Source of the DNA: a virus
Virus record (IMG/VR): IMGVR_UViG_2756170246_000002
Location: 156 to 64,155 of that record
Direction: 5' to 3' (one strand)
DNA: 64,000 bases
This document shows positions 1 to 9,434 of this stretch, piece by piece. Position 1 is the first letter of the stretch. Every line of letters starts with the position of its first letter. The notes beneath the pieces are model-generated. The model was not told the origin of the DNA. It searched no databases and was given only the letters and a program-made list of their open reading frames with translations. Made by a program: the position numbers and the translations under genes.

Positions 1-1
1 C

Positions 2-334
2 GGCATCGGCTTGATCGGCGAGCTCTTGTGCTGCGGCGTCGATCTCGGCCTGCTTGGCCTTTGCCTTTGCCGCCGCTGCAAGTTCGGCGCGGCGCTGTTT
101 CTCCTGCCAGACCAAGCGTTCGTTCAGTTGGCCGGCGGCGTACTCGCGATCGACACGCCCATCGACGAAGCCGGCCAGCACCGGACCAGCATAGGGGATG
201 TATCGAAGCGGCCCGATCGGCAAGCCCTCATAGAACAGGACGATGCAGCCGGCGACGACCAGCGGCAGGCCGACGCGGCTGGTGCAGAAGGTCCAGATCG
301 GACCAAGCACGACAAGGATAGGGCCGAGGAACAT
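2..334 (-). CDS. Putative Rz-like spanin / lysis membrane protein (partial, runs off window)
   Basis: Read by hand (not in ORF track): MFLGPILVVLGPIWTFCTSRVGLPLVVAGCIVLF... hydrophobic N-terminus then Ala/Lys/Glu coiled coil; ATG overlaps upstream TGA. Confidence 0.55.
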   Translation of the reverse strand, partial: MFLGPILVVLGPIWTFCTSRVGLPLVVAGCIVLFYEGLPIGPLRYIPYAGPVLAGFVDGRVDREYAAGQLNERLVWQEKQRRAELAAAAKAKAKQAEIDAAAQELADQADA

Positions 335-684
335 CACGGTCCTTCTCCTGGCGGTGGCGGCATTGCCGGCCCTGGTGTAGGCATGTCAGCCGGAACGACG
401 GTGCGCTGATACATCTCGGTCTGCATGCCGCCGCCGCCAACGCCGCCGATGTTGGTCAGACCGCCCTTGTCGTCCCAAACCGCTCCGAAGACATACGAGC
501 CGATGACTGACGCCATGAGCAGCAGCAGCCCATTGACCGCGGTCTCGGAAAGCTGGATCGGCCGGCCGAGGATCGCCAGATAGGTCACCATCGCGCCGCA
601 CCAGACGAGCACGATGACGATGATCCGCCTGCGCATCGTCCACGACGAGCGGAACGCATTGCGCGCGGCGCTGCGCGGGTTCAT
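334..684 (-). CDS. Putative holin (two TM helices)
   Basis: Two hydrophobic segments, directly downstream of the endolysin. Confidence 0.55.
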   Translation of the reverse strand: MNPRSAARNAFRSSWTMRRRIIVIVLVWCGAMVTYLAILGRPIQLSETAVNGLLLLMASVIGSYVFGAVWDDKGGLTNIGGVGGGGMQTEMYQRTVVPADMPTPGPAMPPPPGEGP

Positions 685-685
685 G

Positions 686-1177
686 TCAGCCGACCCATTC
701 GGCCGTCAGGGCGGCGTCATAGTGCTGCGCAATGACAGCGATCTCCTGTGCCCGATCGGTGCCGTTGATGATGCGGCGAGCTTCGACGAAGTCGGAATGC
801 TGCAGATCGATATAGTCGGAAAGCTTGCGGCCGGTGAACCAGCCTTCGCGCATGCCAGTCACAGCGATCTTGGCCGCATTGGCCGGATCGAGCGCAAGCG
901 TCGGATCCTGATCGAAGGCCACGCCGAGCTCGCGGGCGGCGCGCTGATAGTTCGCCTGCCAGGTCAATTGCACGAATCCGCGACCGAACCACGGATAATA
1001 GCGCAGGTGCGCCCGGCGCCAGTCTTCCGACAGCCAATAGGCCTCGACGACCGGCCGCATGGTATGCGCGGTCTCCCAGAAGGTGGTGGCGAGCACATAG
1101 GCGCACTGGTTGCGGAGCAGGCCTTGCGCCTTGCTCTCATCGATGAGCAGGCGGGTGCAGCCGAGGGATAGATCCAT
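686..1177 (-). CDS. Endolysin, GH19/lysozyme-like fold
   Basis: AYVLATTFWET, GRGFVQLTWQANY and ARRIING motifs typical of GH19-like phage lysins. Confidence 0.88.
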   Translation of the reverse strand: MDLSLGCTRLLIDESKAQGLLRNQCAYVLATTFWETAHTMRPVVEAYWLSEDWRRAHLRYYPWFGRGFVQLTWQANYQRAARELGVAFDQDPTLALDPANAAKIAVTGMREGWFTGRKLSDYIDLQHSDFVEARRIINGTDRAQEIAVIAQHYDAALTAEWVG

Positions 1178-1224
1178 CGCGTTTGCCTTTCCATGGTCGG
1201 GGAAATTGTTCGCTTTCGGGGTGC

Positions 1225-1239
1225 TTAACCAATCGCTAA
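1225..1239 (+). promoter_or_regulatory. CtrA-box-like site TTAA-N7-CTAA upstream of the tadG-like gene
   Basis: TTAACCAATCGCTAA, one mismatch to TTAA-N7-TTAA, in an AT-rich intergenic region. Confidence 0.5.
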
Positions 1240-1326
1240 TGCAACCCCTTGCTGCATTGCGCAGCCGGGCCTATGCTTTGAAGGCACGGGGAAAATAGTT
1301 GCGGCAGGGCTATGGGGGACGCTGCG

Positions 1327-2841
1327 ATGTTTCGTATTCTGCGTAACTTTTGGAACGATCAACGCGGTGTCGCGATGCTGTTGGTCGCGATCATGTTGCC
1401 GGTTCTCATCGGGTTTTCTTTGCTGGCCATAGACATGAGCCGGGCAACCGGGCTTCACCAACAGTTGCAAAAGGGCATCGACGCCATCGCTCTGGCCGCC
1501 GCCGCGGAACTGGATGGCAGATCGGATTCGATCACGCGGGCCAACCTCACCGTAACGACGCTGCTCGCCAACCAGACATTGTATTCGGAACTTGGCGGTC
1601 ACACGCTCGTCCCGGCAGACGTGACGGTCACCTACCTGACCGGGATACCCGCCAGCGACGAAACCGCATTGACCGCCGCTGGCGTCGACGCCAACAGCGT
1701 GAATTGGGCGAGCAGCGATCCCAAACTGGTGTCTTTAGCCGAAGTGACGATAAATGCATCCGGCTTGGCAAAGGGCGCCGGTGCCTTCGCGACAATCTTC
1801 CCCGCGAGCCTCGTCGGGAGCACAGACACTTTCGACATCCGGCCGCAGGCTGTCGCCGGGTTCGTTCAGTCGATCTGTGAAACGGTTCCGCTGTTCATGT
1901 GCAATCCGTTCGAGACCACGGATTCTTCGACCAGCAAGACGATCCAGCAAGCCTTTGCCTCTGGAGACACCTACAGCCGCGAATTCCGCGTCCTGAAGGT
2001 CGACAGCAACCCTGGCCCTGGCAACTTCGGACTGATCGACAACAACCTGAGTTCATTGCGCGATGCCATAGCGATGGGCACATCTGGTACCTGCTATAGC
2101 CGCGACGCACTCACCACAAAAACCGGCGTCACGCTCGGCCAGGTCAACACGGGCCTCAATGTCCGCTTCGATCTTTACAGCGGCTCGTTGAATAAGAGCA
2201 GCAAGGATTTCAATTACCGGCCAGCGACCAATGTTCGCAAAGGCCAGAAGACGGGTTGCAGCAAGTACGATCCCGTGGCTGACAACACCGCGCTGCCCCT
2301 GCCACCAGGAACGAACTATGTCGATGCGAAAGGAATGTCAGACGCGATTGGTTCCCAAGGCTTTTGGACGAACTACTGGCAGATCAACCATGGCGTGCCG
2401 TACCCGAACGTTCCCAGCGCTACCAACCCAACCGGCTCCACGAGCGCTCCCGCATCACGATATGACGTCTACAAGTACGAGATCGCCAAAAAACTTGTCA
2501 GTGATAAGTCGCTGGCTCCGACCAAGGAGAACGGCGATCCATCCTGCTACAAGGGGGATACGCCGACACTCGATCCAGACCGCCGACTGCTCAACATGGC
2601 GATCGTCAACTGCATCGCCAACCAAGCGAAGCTAAACGGCCACATCTCAATCAAGCCGGACGGCTATGCCAGCGTCTTCGTGAACACACCCGTTCTCAAG
2701 CAGGATAACACCAAAGACCCAGAAGATCCCTCTGCTGGCGAGAAGCCGATCAGCCTGGAGATCGTCGATGTCGATGGCGGTTTCGCCAACAACACCCTTG
2801 TCGACAAGGCATTTCGCAACGAGGCTCAGCTTTACCGGTAG
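1327..2841 (+). CDS. TadG-like Flp/Tad pilus assembly/tip protein (moron, antisense to late operon)
   Basis: Pilin-like N-terminus FWNDQRG-VAMLLVAIMLPVLIGFSLLAID...LQKGIDAIALAAAAEL; C-terminal RRLLNMAIVNC; ORF track gives an alternative start at 1312. Confidence 0.85.
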   Translation: MFRILRNFWNDQRGVAMLLVAIMLPVLIGFSLLAIDMSRATGLHQQLQKGIDAIALAAAAELDGRSDSITRANLTVTTLLANQTLYSELGGHTLVPADVTVTYLTGIPASDETALTAAGVDANSVNWASSDPKLVSLAEVTINASGLAKGAGAFATIFPASLVGSTDTFDIRPQAVAGFVQSICETVPLFMCNPFETTDSSTSKTIQQAFASGDTYSREFRVLKVDSNPGPGNFGLIDNNLSSLRDAIAMGTSGTCYSRDALTTKTGVTLGQVNTGLNVRFDLYSGSLNKSSKDFNYRPATNVRKGQKTGCSKYDPVADNTALPLPPGTNYVDAKGMSDAIGSQGFWTNYWQINHGVPYPNVPSATNPTGSTSAPASRYDVYKYEIAKKLVSDKSLAPTKENGDPSCYKGDTPTLDPDRRLLNMAIVNCIANQAKLNGHISIKPDGYASVFVNTPVLKQDNTKDPEDPSAGEKPISLEIVDVDGGFANNTLVDKAFRNEAQLYR

Positions 2842-2843
2842 GC

Positions 2844-4115
2844 CTAAGACCAGACCGTCGACAGATCCTGGAGCGCCGAGTCCGACATCGGCGCCCAGAC
2901 GTGGATGAAGCGGATATAGCCGCCGTTGACCGTGACATCGCCGGGCAGCCCGCCGAAAGCCGCTGCTTCGGCCGTGGCGACCAAACTAGTTCCGACAGTC
3001 GCCACAGGATCGCCGTTGACTGACATCGAAAGCCGCCCGCTGACCCTGGTTACCGCGATCTGGTGCAAGTTGGCGGAATAATGGGAGCGCGGATCGGTGA
3101 CTGTGCGGCTTGCCAGCAAGGCGTTGAAGTCCGACGCCTGCATTGCGAGGTTATCGGCCGAGGCGAGCCGCTCGAGCGTGACGCCATTGTCAAGCGCATT
3201 GGTCGCAACGGCCAACGGAATAGTGACATGATCGTTGTTGTCTTCCTCGTAGCCGACGAGGATGGTCCAGTTCATCGACGTCAGAGTTGCTAGGAACGTC
3301 CCGATTATGCCGATCGGCACGTCGCCATAGGGAATCTCGAGACCGAAGGCGGAGAGCGCACCGGGTGTATCGACGATATCGGCTAGCGTTTTCGATACGC
3401 CTGCGACGGAATAGACCCCGTTGAGGAAGTCTGCCGAGGCGAGGGTACTGCCGGGCAGGCTATAGGTTGGGCGGGCCGAAAGCGTAGGCAGATCGGCGTC
3501 GGCCTGGAGGTCAAGGCGTTCGATCGAGCGGATGTAGATGCTATGTGCCAGATAACCGGCGCCTGGCGCAGCGCCCAGCGAAAGCGCAGTTGCTGTCAAT
3601 GCAAAGACATCGGCTGTTGTGGTCTCAACTGCGTTGCCATCGGCCGACATCGAGAGGCGGCCGGCCGAGCGCGACAGCGCGACCTTGTGAACACCAGTAG
3701 GGAAACCCGCTGTATCGTTGACTTGGCGGAAGTAGATGCCGACGGTGTCCGTGGCGTTCATATAGCCGCTGGTCAGACGGGCCAGATAATAGGTGCCGTC
3801 ACCGGTGTCCGTGTAGAGGAATGGATAGCTGGTGCCGCTATCGGCGCGCTGGTAGTATTCGACGACGACGGTCTGATCGTCGCCCAAGAAGGCGGCGAGC
3901 GCGTCGCCGATCACCTCCACCGAAGGTGAAGCCTCAGAGTCCAATATCTCAAGCCCTGCGCTTGTGACCCAGCCCGGCTGGTCGATGACGTCGGCAGCCG
4001 TGACGGTGACGCCTGCGACTGTATAGCTTGCGCCCTTGAAGTCGAGCAGGGTCGTGTCGAGCGGAGGCGTTGGTGTTCCAGCGCCCTGCGATGCCCAGAT
4101 GCCGAACGAGGTCAT
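2844..4115 (-). CDS. Tail fibre/receptor-binding protein with two repeated LamG/ConA-like domains
   Basis: Internal repeat (HKVALSRSAGRLSMSADG vs HQIAVTRVSGRLSMSVNG); last gene of the tail module. Confidence 0.6.
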   Translation of the reverse strand: MTSFGIWASQGAGTPTPPLDTTLLDFKGASYTVAGVTVTAADVIDQPGWVTSAGLEILDSEASPSVEVIGDALAAFLGDDQTVVVEYYQRADSGTSYPFLYTDTGDGTYYLARLTSGYMNATDTVGIYFRQVNDTAGFPTGVHKVALSRSAGRLSMSADGNAVETTTADVFALTATALSLGAAPGAGYLAHSIYIRSIERLDLQADADLPTLSARPTYSLPGSTLASADFLNGVYSVAGVSKTLADIVDTPGALSAFGLEIPYGDVPIGIIGTFLATLTSMNWTILVGYEEDNNDHVTIPLAVATNALDNGVTLERLASADNLAMQASDFNALLASRTVTDPRSHYSANLHQIAVTRVSGRLSMSVNGDPVATVGTSLVATAEAAAFGGLPGDVTVNGGYIRFIHVWAPMSDSALQDLSTVWS

Positions 4116-4540
4116 ACCAGTTTCCCGATTGCCAGCCAGACGTCGGTCGAAAGCTGGATCAGTTCGGCGCCTGCATATTGCCCGTCGAGAACGACCGACC
4201 CGCCGCTGACGCCGTTGATGGTGACGCCCGCATCGCCGGTGATGGTGACTGCCCCTGCCCCGAGCGCGGCAACCTTGATCGAAACCTCTGCGTCATAGGC
4301 AACGTCGGCGTGTGCCGGCCATGTCACCGCAATCGCGCCTGCATTGCTGCAGGTGATCAGTTTTCCGGCGTCGCCGATGACGGGCGTGTAGCTCGTCCCC
4401 GTCTGCGCATTGATGGGCGTCTTGGTGTAGAAGGCGTAAAGTTCCGTGAACATGTCGTTGAGCATGGAGCCAGCCGCACGGGCTTTGGTCCCGGTCCCGT
4501 CGTTTGCCGACGCGCCGAGTGCGATGGTTTGCTGTGCCAT
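4112..4540 (-). CDS. Short tail fibre/adaptor protein
   Basis: QTIALGASANDGTG...LNDMFTELY and NAQTGTSYT motifs common in fibre proteins. Confidence 0.6.
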   Translation of the reverse strand: MAQQTIALGASANDGTGTKARAAGSMLNDMFTELYAFYTKTPINAQTGTSYTPVIGDAGKLITCSNAGAIAVTWPAHADVAYDAEVSIKVAALGAGAVTITGDAGVTINGVSGGSVVLDGQYAGAELIQLSTDVWLAIGKLV

Positions 4541-4543
4541 TGG

Positions 4544-7500
4544 CTATTCCTGATCGAATGAGACGAAGGTGCTGTCGAAGGACCAGACATCGGAATCGAA
4601 TGACGGCACGAAACCGCCGTCGAGAATGATGTGAGCCCGGGCCCTATAGCCGCGCCCTGCAACTTGCCGCGCCTGACCCGCCACCAGGATATCGATCGCG
4701 GTCATCATGAAGACGTCGAAGGTGATTTCCGCCGGCGGATCGGATCCAAGATCGGACGCCACGTCGGCGCTGGCATAGTGGACGCTGCCTGTGCTTGAGG
4801 TCAGCGTGCGCTTGTAGGTAGGGCCGTCATAAATATCGACTTCGAAGGCAAGTGCCGCCTCGCCAAAGGTCACAGGGTTGAGGCCGGCTGCGAGCCGCGA
4901 GCGATAGTCCCAAGAGATGTCGAGACCATCCGGCGAGCCGATTGCCGCCGACAGATTGACGCACGCATAGGGCGTTTCCGCCGCGCCGATGATCGTATGC
5001 GGCACCACGGTTCCCGTCGCCGGGTTCTGGGTCAGGCCGATGGCCTTGTAATATTTCGTCGCGTATAGATCGGCCAGCGAGTGCGAGACGCCCTTGATCC
5101 ACGACGCATCGATCATGACGAAGCGGTCACCGACCTGGTGCAGAGATGCGAACACCTCGGTCCCGCGATAGCCACGGATCGTGAACCCGGACAGCGTGAA
5201 GGTGCCATTTCCGTTGTCGACCGCCGTCTTGTAGCCGACACCCTCCCAGCGACCTTGCGCGCCGATAAAGGCGAAGTTCGCCCCGGCCAGGACTTGGTCC
5301 TCAGTCTTGTCGACCAAGAGCGCCATGCTGCCGGCGGTCTTGCGGATCGTCACTGTGGAATCGTCTGTCGTGGCGAACGGATCGAGCGGGTTGGCCAGAA
5401 CCGTCTCGCAGATGCCCACAACGCCATATTGCGGGGCCTGTGAGAGCAGCGCCGTCAAATCTGCCGCCGTATCGCCCCGATAGAGGACGCCGCCGCCCCA
5501 GCCAGCCTGCCCGCGCGAGGCGACGACGCCATATTGACGGAGCCCAAGCCCGCCTAGATCGTCCGCATAGTGGAACAGCGGCACGTCGAGGTGGATGTAC
5601 TGGCTCTGCAGGCTCACCGCGACCGGGCCGAGGCCAACGCTCGTGACTGGCGTGATCGTGGTGGCGACTGAGGTCTGGAAATCGCTGGCCTGGATGTCGG
5701 CCGACATATCCCGATTGAGCCCGACACTGGCGATCTGGACGGCATAGGTGATTGCACCACTTGGGACCGAGACGACATCGCCCGGCAACAGGGTCGGCTG
5801 GCCAATGACCGAATAGGTATGGTCACGGCGCTGCGCCTGTGCCTCGAAATATTTCTGGGTGCAGAAGGTTTTCGCATCGAGGTCCGACAGCACCATCGGC
5901 GTCGAGTATTTGTCGACCTTCCTCGAATTGTTGATCGGCGGCATCTGGAAGGACGCCGGGCGTGAGTTATAGCCCTGCTCCCTGGAGATGTAGTCGAGTT
6001 CGACCCGTGATGTGGTCCGGATCGATGCTTCATCGGTGCTGTCGATCGCCGAGTTTTCGGCGAACACCAGATCGGCGGTCGTCAGTATGGCGTCGAGCGC
6101 GAACGCGTCGTCCCGGCCCGGCTTCTTGAAGTAGAAGCCAGATCCGATATCGGCGAAGGAAAACCCGTAGATATCGGCAATCGATTGCAGTGCGGTCCTG
6201 ACATTGGTGTCGCTGGCGATGACAAAACCGTATCCTGACAGACCGCTGAAGCCTTCAAAAGTCAGTTCCTCGGGCGCATAGCCGGCGAGGAACATGACCT
6301 TGGTAATGATGTCGGACAGATCGACAAGTCGCGGCGAGGTGCCGGGCAAGCGGTATTCTACCCAGACGTGATTGACATAGAGGAAATAGGACGCCTTGGT
6401 CTGATCGACGAAGGGGACTTCGAAGGTGAAGGCAGGCACCGTGAAATCGCTGATTTTGGCCGCTGTCTTGGCCGCGATATCAACGCCCCAGATTTCGTGC
6501 GTTCCATGGATGAAAATGGCAGTGCCTGACTTCGGAACTGTCCGATCGGTGTTCAGCGGCCCAGACATGCTTTCCAGCAGAACGGAGACGGTGAAGGTGT
6601 CGACAAGGCCGGTGTCGGGCGCGATGCGGCGCGCGTTGAAGGTGCTGCCGTTCTTCTCCATCACCAGCAGGTATTCGGTCAGCGGGTCATAATGGATGCC
6701 GGAGACATTGCCCGCCGGGCTGTAGACGACGGCAAAGGACCATGCATCGCCATTGAAGGTGACCTCATAGACATCGCCGCCGCTCGCCGCCGTATTGGAG
6801 AAGAACGACGCCGAACCTGGCCCGATCCTGCCGCGCACGAAAGGACCGCTGAAGGCGGTTGCATTGCGGGTGACGTCGACCGATCCGGCGACAAGATCGA
6901 TAACGGCAAAGGCAGACGGATTGCCGCCCGAACCGTCGGCGTCATTGCCCGCGATCAGCCACTTGTCGACGAACTGTTCGGCGACATACCAGACGAAATC
7001 CTCGCCGCTATCTTCGGAAAACTCGGCGACAATGGCACCCGTGGCGATGTTGTAGACGCGCGTCGGGGAGCCGAGGTCGGACGGAATCGAAAGCTTGACC
7101 CAGACATAGCCGGAGGCGCGCAGGCAAAGCAACGTCGGCGTCGTGCTCGCGGCATAGGCATCGGAACCAGCCAAGGGAATCCGATAGCGCTCCAGATGGG
7201 TATCGGCATCGAGCACAGAGAGGTAGCATTGACCAAGGCCGGGCAGATCGGCTGCGGTCAAGACCTGGTAGATTGCATTCTCTGACGGATCGTAGCCGGC
7301 ATGCTCGTAGGAATACAGCGGAGCGCCTGTGGTTGGCGCCGCACCGGTCCATGCGATTGGCTGCGTACCGCCGTCATCGTCGGCAGCATTCGAAATGACA
7401 GCTTTGACCGTAGGTGCGCTGCTGGCGACATAGCCCGACAGGTAGACCATGGCAAAGCCCTGCCATGCTCCGGCCTTGGTCCCGATGACGTCAGCCGTGA

Positions 7501-7993
7501 TAGGGTCAACCGTCGTCTGGGTGCCGCCATAGAAGCGAAATGTCTCGGACGCTCCGATGCCATTCTCGGCGTCGAAGACGACTTCATCGTTGATCTCGAG
7601 GCGGATCAGTTCATAGCCGTCGCCGAACGGATCATAGGCCAGAAGGTAGCCGAGCTGCGCGGACTGCTGCGTCGCGTAGATCGGCACCTGGACTGGGCCA
7701 GCGGCTCCAATGTCAGGTATGAAGTTGCCGGTCTGAAACCCGATGATGCCCGATCCACCGGTTGGGTTTGGCACCGAATTGTATCCGGTTATGACCTGGG
7801 TCGTGGCTGCTCCGCCAATGACCGGGGCACCATCGACCTTGCCTGTTCCGATGACGATAGGAATGGAGCGGCCAAGAACCTTCGACACCGAGAACGGGCC
7901 ATCCGCAGAAACAGGCTCGACCGCTTTTGTCGTGTCCGGACGAGCACTTCCGGGGATGATGTTGCCCGTCGCGAAGCCAATGATCCCGGCCAT
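4544..7993 (-). CDS. Tail tip/central fibre protein (GTA megatron / host-specificity J-like)
   Basis: 1149 aa, follows the hub gene; GRSIPIVIG and YRGTE-type motifs. Confidence 0.8.
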   Translation of the reverse strand: MAGIIGFATGNIIPGSARPDTTKAVEPVSADGPFSVSKVLGRSIPIVIGTGKVDGAPVIGGAATTQVITGYNSVPNPTGGSGIIGFQTGNFIPDIGAAGPVQVPIYATQQSAQLGYLLAYDPFGDGYELIRLEINDEVVFDAENGIGASETFRFYGGTQTTVDPITADVIGTKAGAWQGFAMVYLSGYVASSAPTVKAVISNAADDDGGTQPIAWTGAAPTTGAPLYSYEHAGYDPSENAIYQVLTAADLPGLGQCYLSVLDADTHLERYRIPLAGSDAYAASTTPTLLCLRASGYVWVKLSIPSDLGSPTRVYNIATGAIVAEFSEDSGEDFVWYVAEQFVDKWLIAGNDADGSGGNPSAFAVIDLVAGSVDVTRNATAFSGPFVRGRIGPGSASFFSNTAASGGDVYEVTFNGDAWSFAVVYSPAGNVSGIHYDPLTEYLLVMEKNGSTFNARRIAPDTGLVDTFTVSVLLESMSGPLNTDRTVPKSGTAIFIHGTHEIWGVDIAAKTAAKISDFTVPAFTFEVPFVDQTKASYFLYVNHVWVEYRLPGTSPRLVDLSDIITKVMFLAGYAPEELTFEGFSGLSGYGFVIASDTNVRTALQSIADIYGFSFADIGSGFYFKKPGRDDAFALDAILTTADLVFAENSAIDSTDEASIRTTSRVELDYISREQGYNSRPASFQMPPINNSRKVDKYSTPMVLSDLDAKTFCTQKYFEAQAQRRDHTYSVIGQPTLLPGDVVSVPSGAITYAVQIASVGLNRDMSADIQASDFQTSVATTITPVTSVGLGPVAVSLQSQYIHLDVPLFHYADDLGGLGLRQYGVVASRGQAGWGGGVLYRGDTAADLTALLSQAPQYGVVGICETVLANPLDPFATTDDSTVTIRKTAGSMALLVDKTEDQVLAGANFAFIGAQGRWEGVGYKTAVDNGNGTFTLSGFTIRGYRGTEVFASLHQVGDRFVMIDASWIKGVSHSLADLYATKYYKAIGLTQNPATGTVVPHTIIGAAETPYACVNLSAAIGSPDGLDISWDYRSRLAAGLNPVTFGEAALAFEVDIYDGPTYKRTLTSSTGSVHYASADVASDLGSDPPAEITFDVFMMTAIDILVAGQARQVAGRGYRARAHIILDGGFVPSFDSDVWSFDSTFVSFDQE

Positions 7994-8832
7994 CAGTTGC
8001 CCCCCAGCAATTCACCGGGTGTGTGGTCCTGGCCGGGGTAGCGATTGATATTGTTGAACGAGATGCAGCCGTCGCGGGTGAGCGGGCAGCCGGCATGAAT
8101 CGTCAACGTGTCGCCTACCTCGATGTCGAGCGGGAAGCCGGTGACCATTTTGACCACGCTTGTTCCGGGCACCCAAAGCATCACATCGTCCTTGGCGCCG
8201 GCACATGCGCCCGATGTCATCTCGACGCCGCCATGGGTGAAATCGAGCGCGTCAGGGTTGCTGACGGTAATGGTGAATTTGCTGTTGTCGGTCTTTGTCG
8301 CGATGACGGCTGTGACTGTGTATGGCGTGAGATTGACGCCGCATTGCGGGCCACCGAACTTGTAGCCGCACTCCGGCTGAATGGTTGGCAGGATGATATC
8401 GGCGAGCGCATCGGCCTTGGTGATGATCTCGATCTGCCCTGCCAGCCGATCGGTAAAGCCGGTCTTGCCGACAAAACCGTCGATCAGGATTTCGCGGACA
8501 GAGGGATCGTCATAGTCGGCGACGAGCCAGACCGTGATCGAGGCGCCGCGCCAGACACCGCGCTTGATATGGTCGCTGTAGAGCGGGCCGATATCATCGA
8601 ACGGCAGCGTGAAATCTAGGCCGGCCGGTCTCCCGCCATTGGCCACGGAAAACTTGGTAACGGTGAAGCCGGGCGAATGGACGAAGGTGTCGTCTCCAAT
8701 CGTCAGGTCGATGTCGATGTCGGTCATGCGAACGACAGGCGTGATGCCGTTGTCCATCTCGACCATGTAGCAGCGGCGGATTTCGCGCGCCTGTAGCTTG
8801 GTAACGAAGGTCGGCGACCAATCGTCCCTCAC
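7993..8832 (-). CDS. Baseplate hub protein, DUF2163/BR0599 family
   Basis: Cys motifs CGYKFGGPQCGV and GCPLTRDGCISFNNINRYPG; likely GTG start overlapping upstream TGA. Confidence 0.85.
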   Translation of the reverse strand: MRDDWSPTFVTKLQAREIRRCYMVEMDNGITPVVRMTDIDIDLTIGDDTFVHSPGFTVTKFSVANGGRPAGLDFTLPFDDIGPLYSDHIKRGVWRGASITVWLVADYDDPSVREILIDGFVGKTGFTDRLAGQIEIITKADALADIILPTIQPECGYKFGGPQCGVNLTPYTVTAVIATKTDNSKFTITVSNPDALDFTHGGVEMTSGACAGAKDDVMLWVPGTSVVKMVTGFPLDIEVGDTLTIHAGCPLTRDGCISFNNINRYPGQDHTPGELLGGN

Positions 8833-9434
8833 GGGATGTCCTCGACGCACTGGAGACCATCGACCGACAGGATATCGGGCGAGAGGTAGGGAACAGACGC
8901 ATCGAACACATCGCCTTCGAAGGCGACGGGAACATCGAAGAACCCGGTCGCGGTCGGCACCGCATCGTATTCCAGCGGCGCCGTGAACGTCACCAAGCCT
9001 GTCGCGTTGACGGTGTAGTCGACGCCCAGATCCTGCTCGACGCCATCGACCTTGACGACGAGCGTGCCCGCCCTGATGTGCCGGATGACACGATAATAGG
9101 GGTTCGAGCCTGCCGATTCCGTCTTGGTGATCTGGAAGGCGGTGGTTTCGTCATCGCCGATGCCGAACGGCTCGTCGACAAGGCGATAGTTCGTCCAGTC
9201 CCGCATCAGGAAGGGTTTGAGGTCGCCGCGGCGATCATAGAAGAACGAGCGCAAAGCCTCGACCATTTCGGCCGGCGCATCCACAATCGCCCAGGTATAG
9301 GCATGCTCGGCAATGGTCGTGTTCGGCAAACGGGTTTTCTGCCTGTTCACCGAAACCACCTTGTCGGTGTAAAAGCGCGGCCCGCCCTTGAAGCCGATCG
9401 AAATGTCGTCCGGCATGATGAGGTTATCGACCAT
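8829..9434 (-). CDS. Distal tail protein, DUF2460/TIGR02217 family
   Basis: GGPRFYT, FFYDRRGDLKPF...DWTNY, FGIGD, FDVPVAF motifs; start set at MVDNLIMP. Confidence 0.85.
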   Translation of the reverse strand: MVDNLIMPDDISIGFKGGPRFYTDKVVSVNRQKTRLPNTTIAEHAYTWAIVDAPAEMVEALRSFFYDRRGDLKPFLMRDWTNYRLVDEPFGIGDDETTAFQITKTESAGSNPYYRVIRHIRAGTLVVKVDGVEQDLGVDYTVNATGLVTFTAPLEYDAVPTATGFFDVPVAFEGDVFDASVPYLSPDILSVDGLQCVEDIP

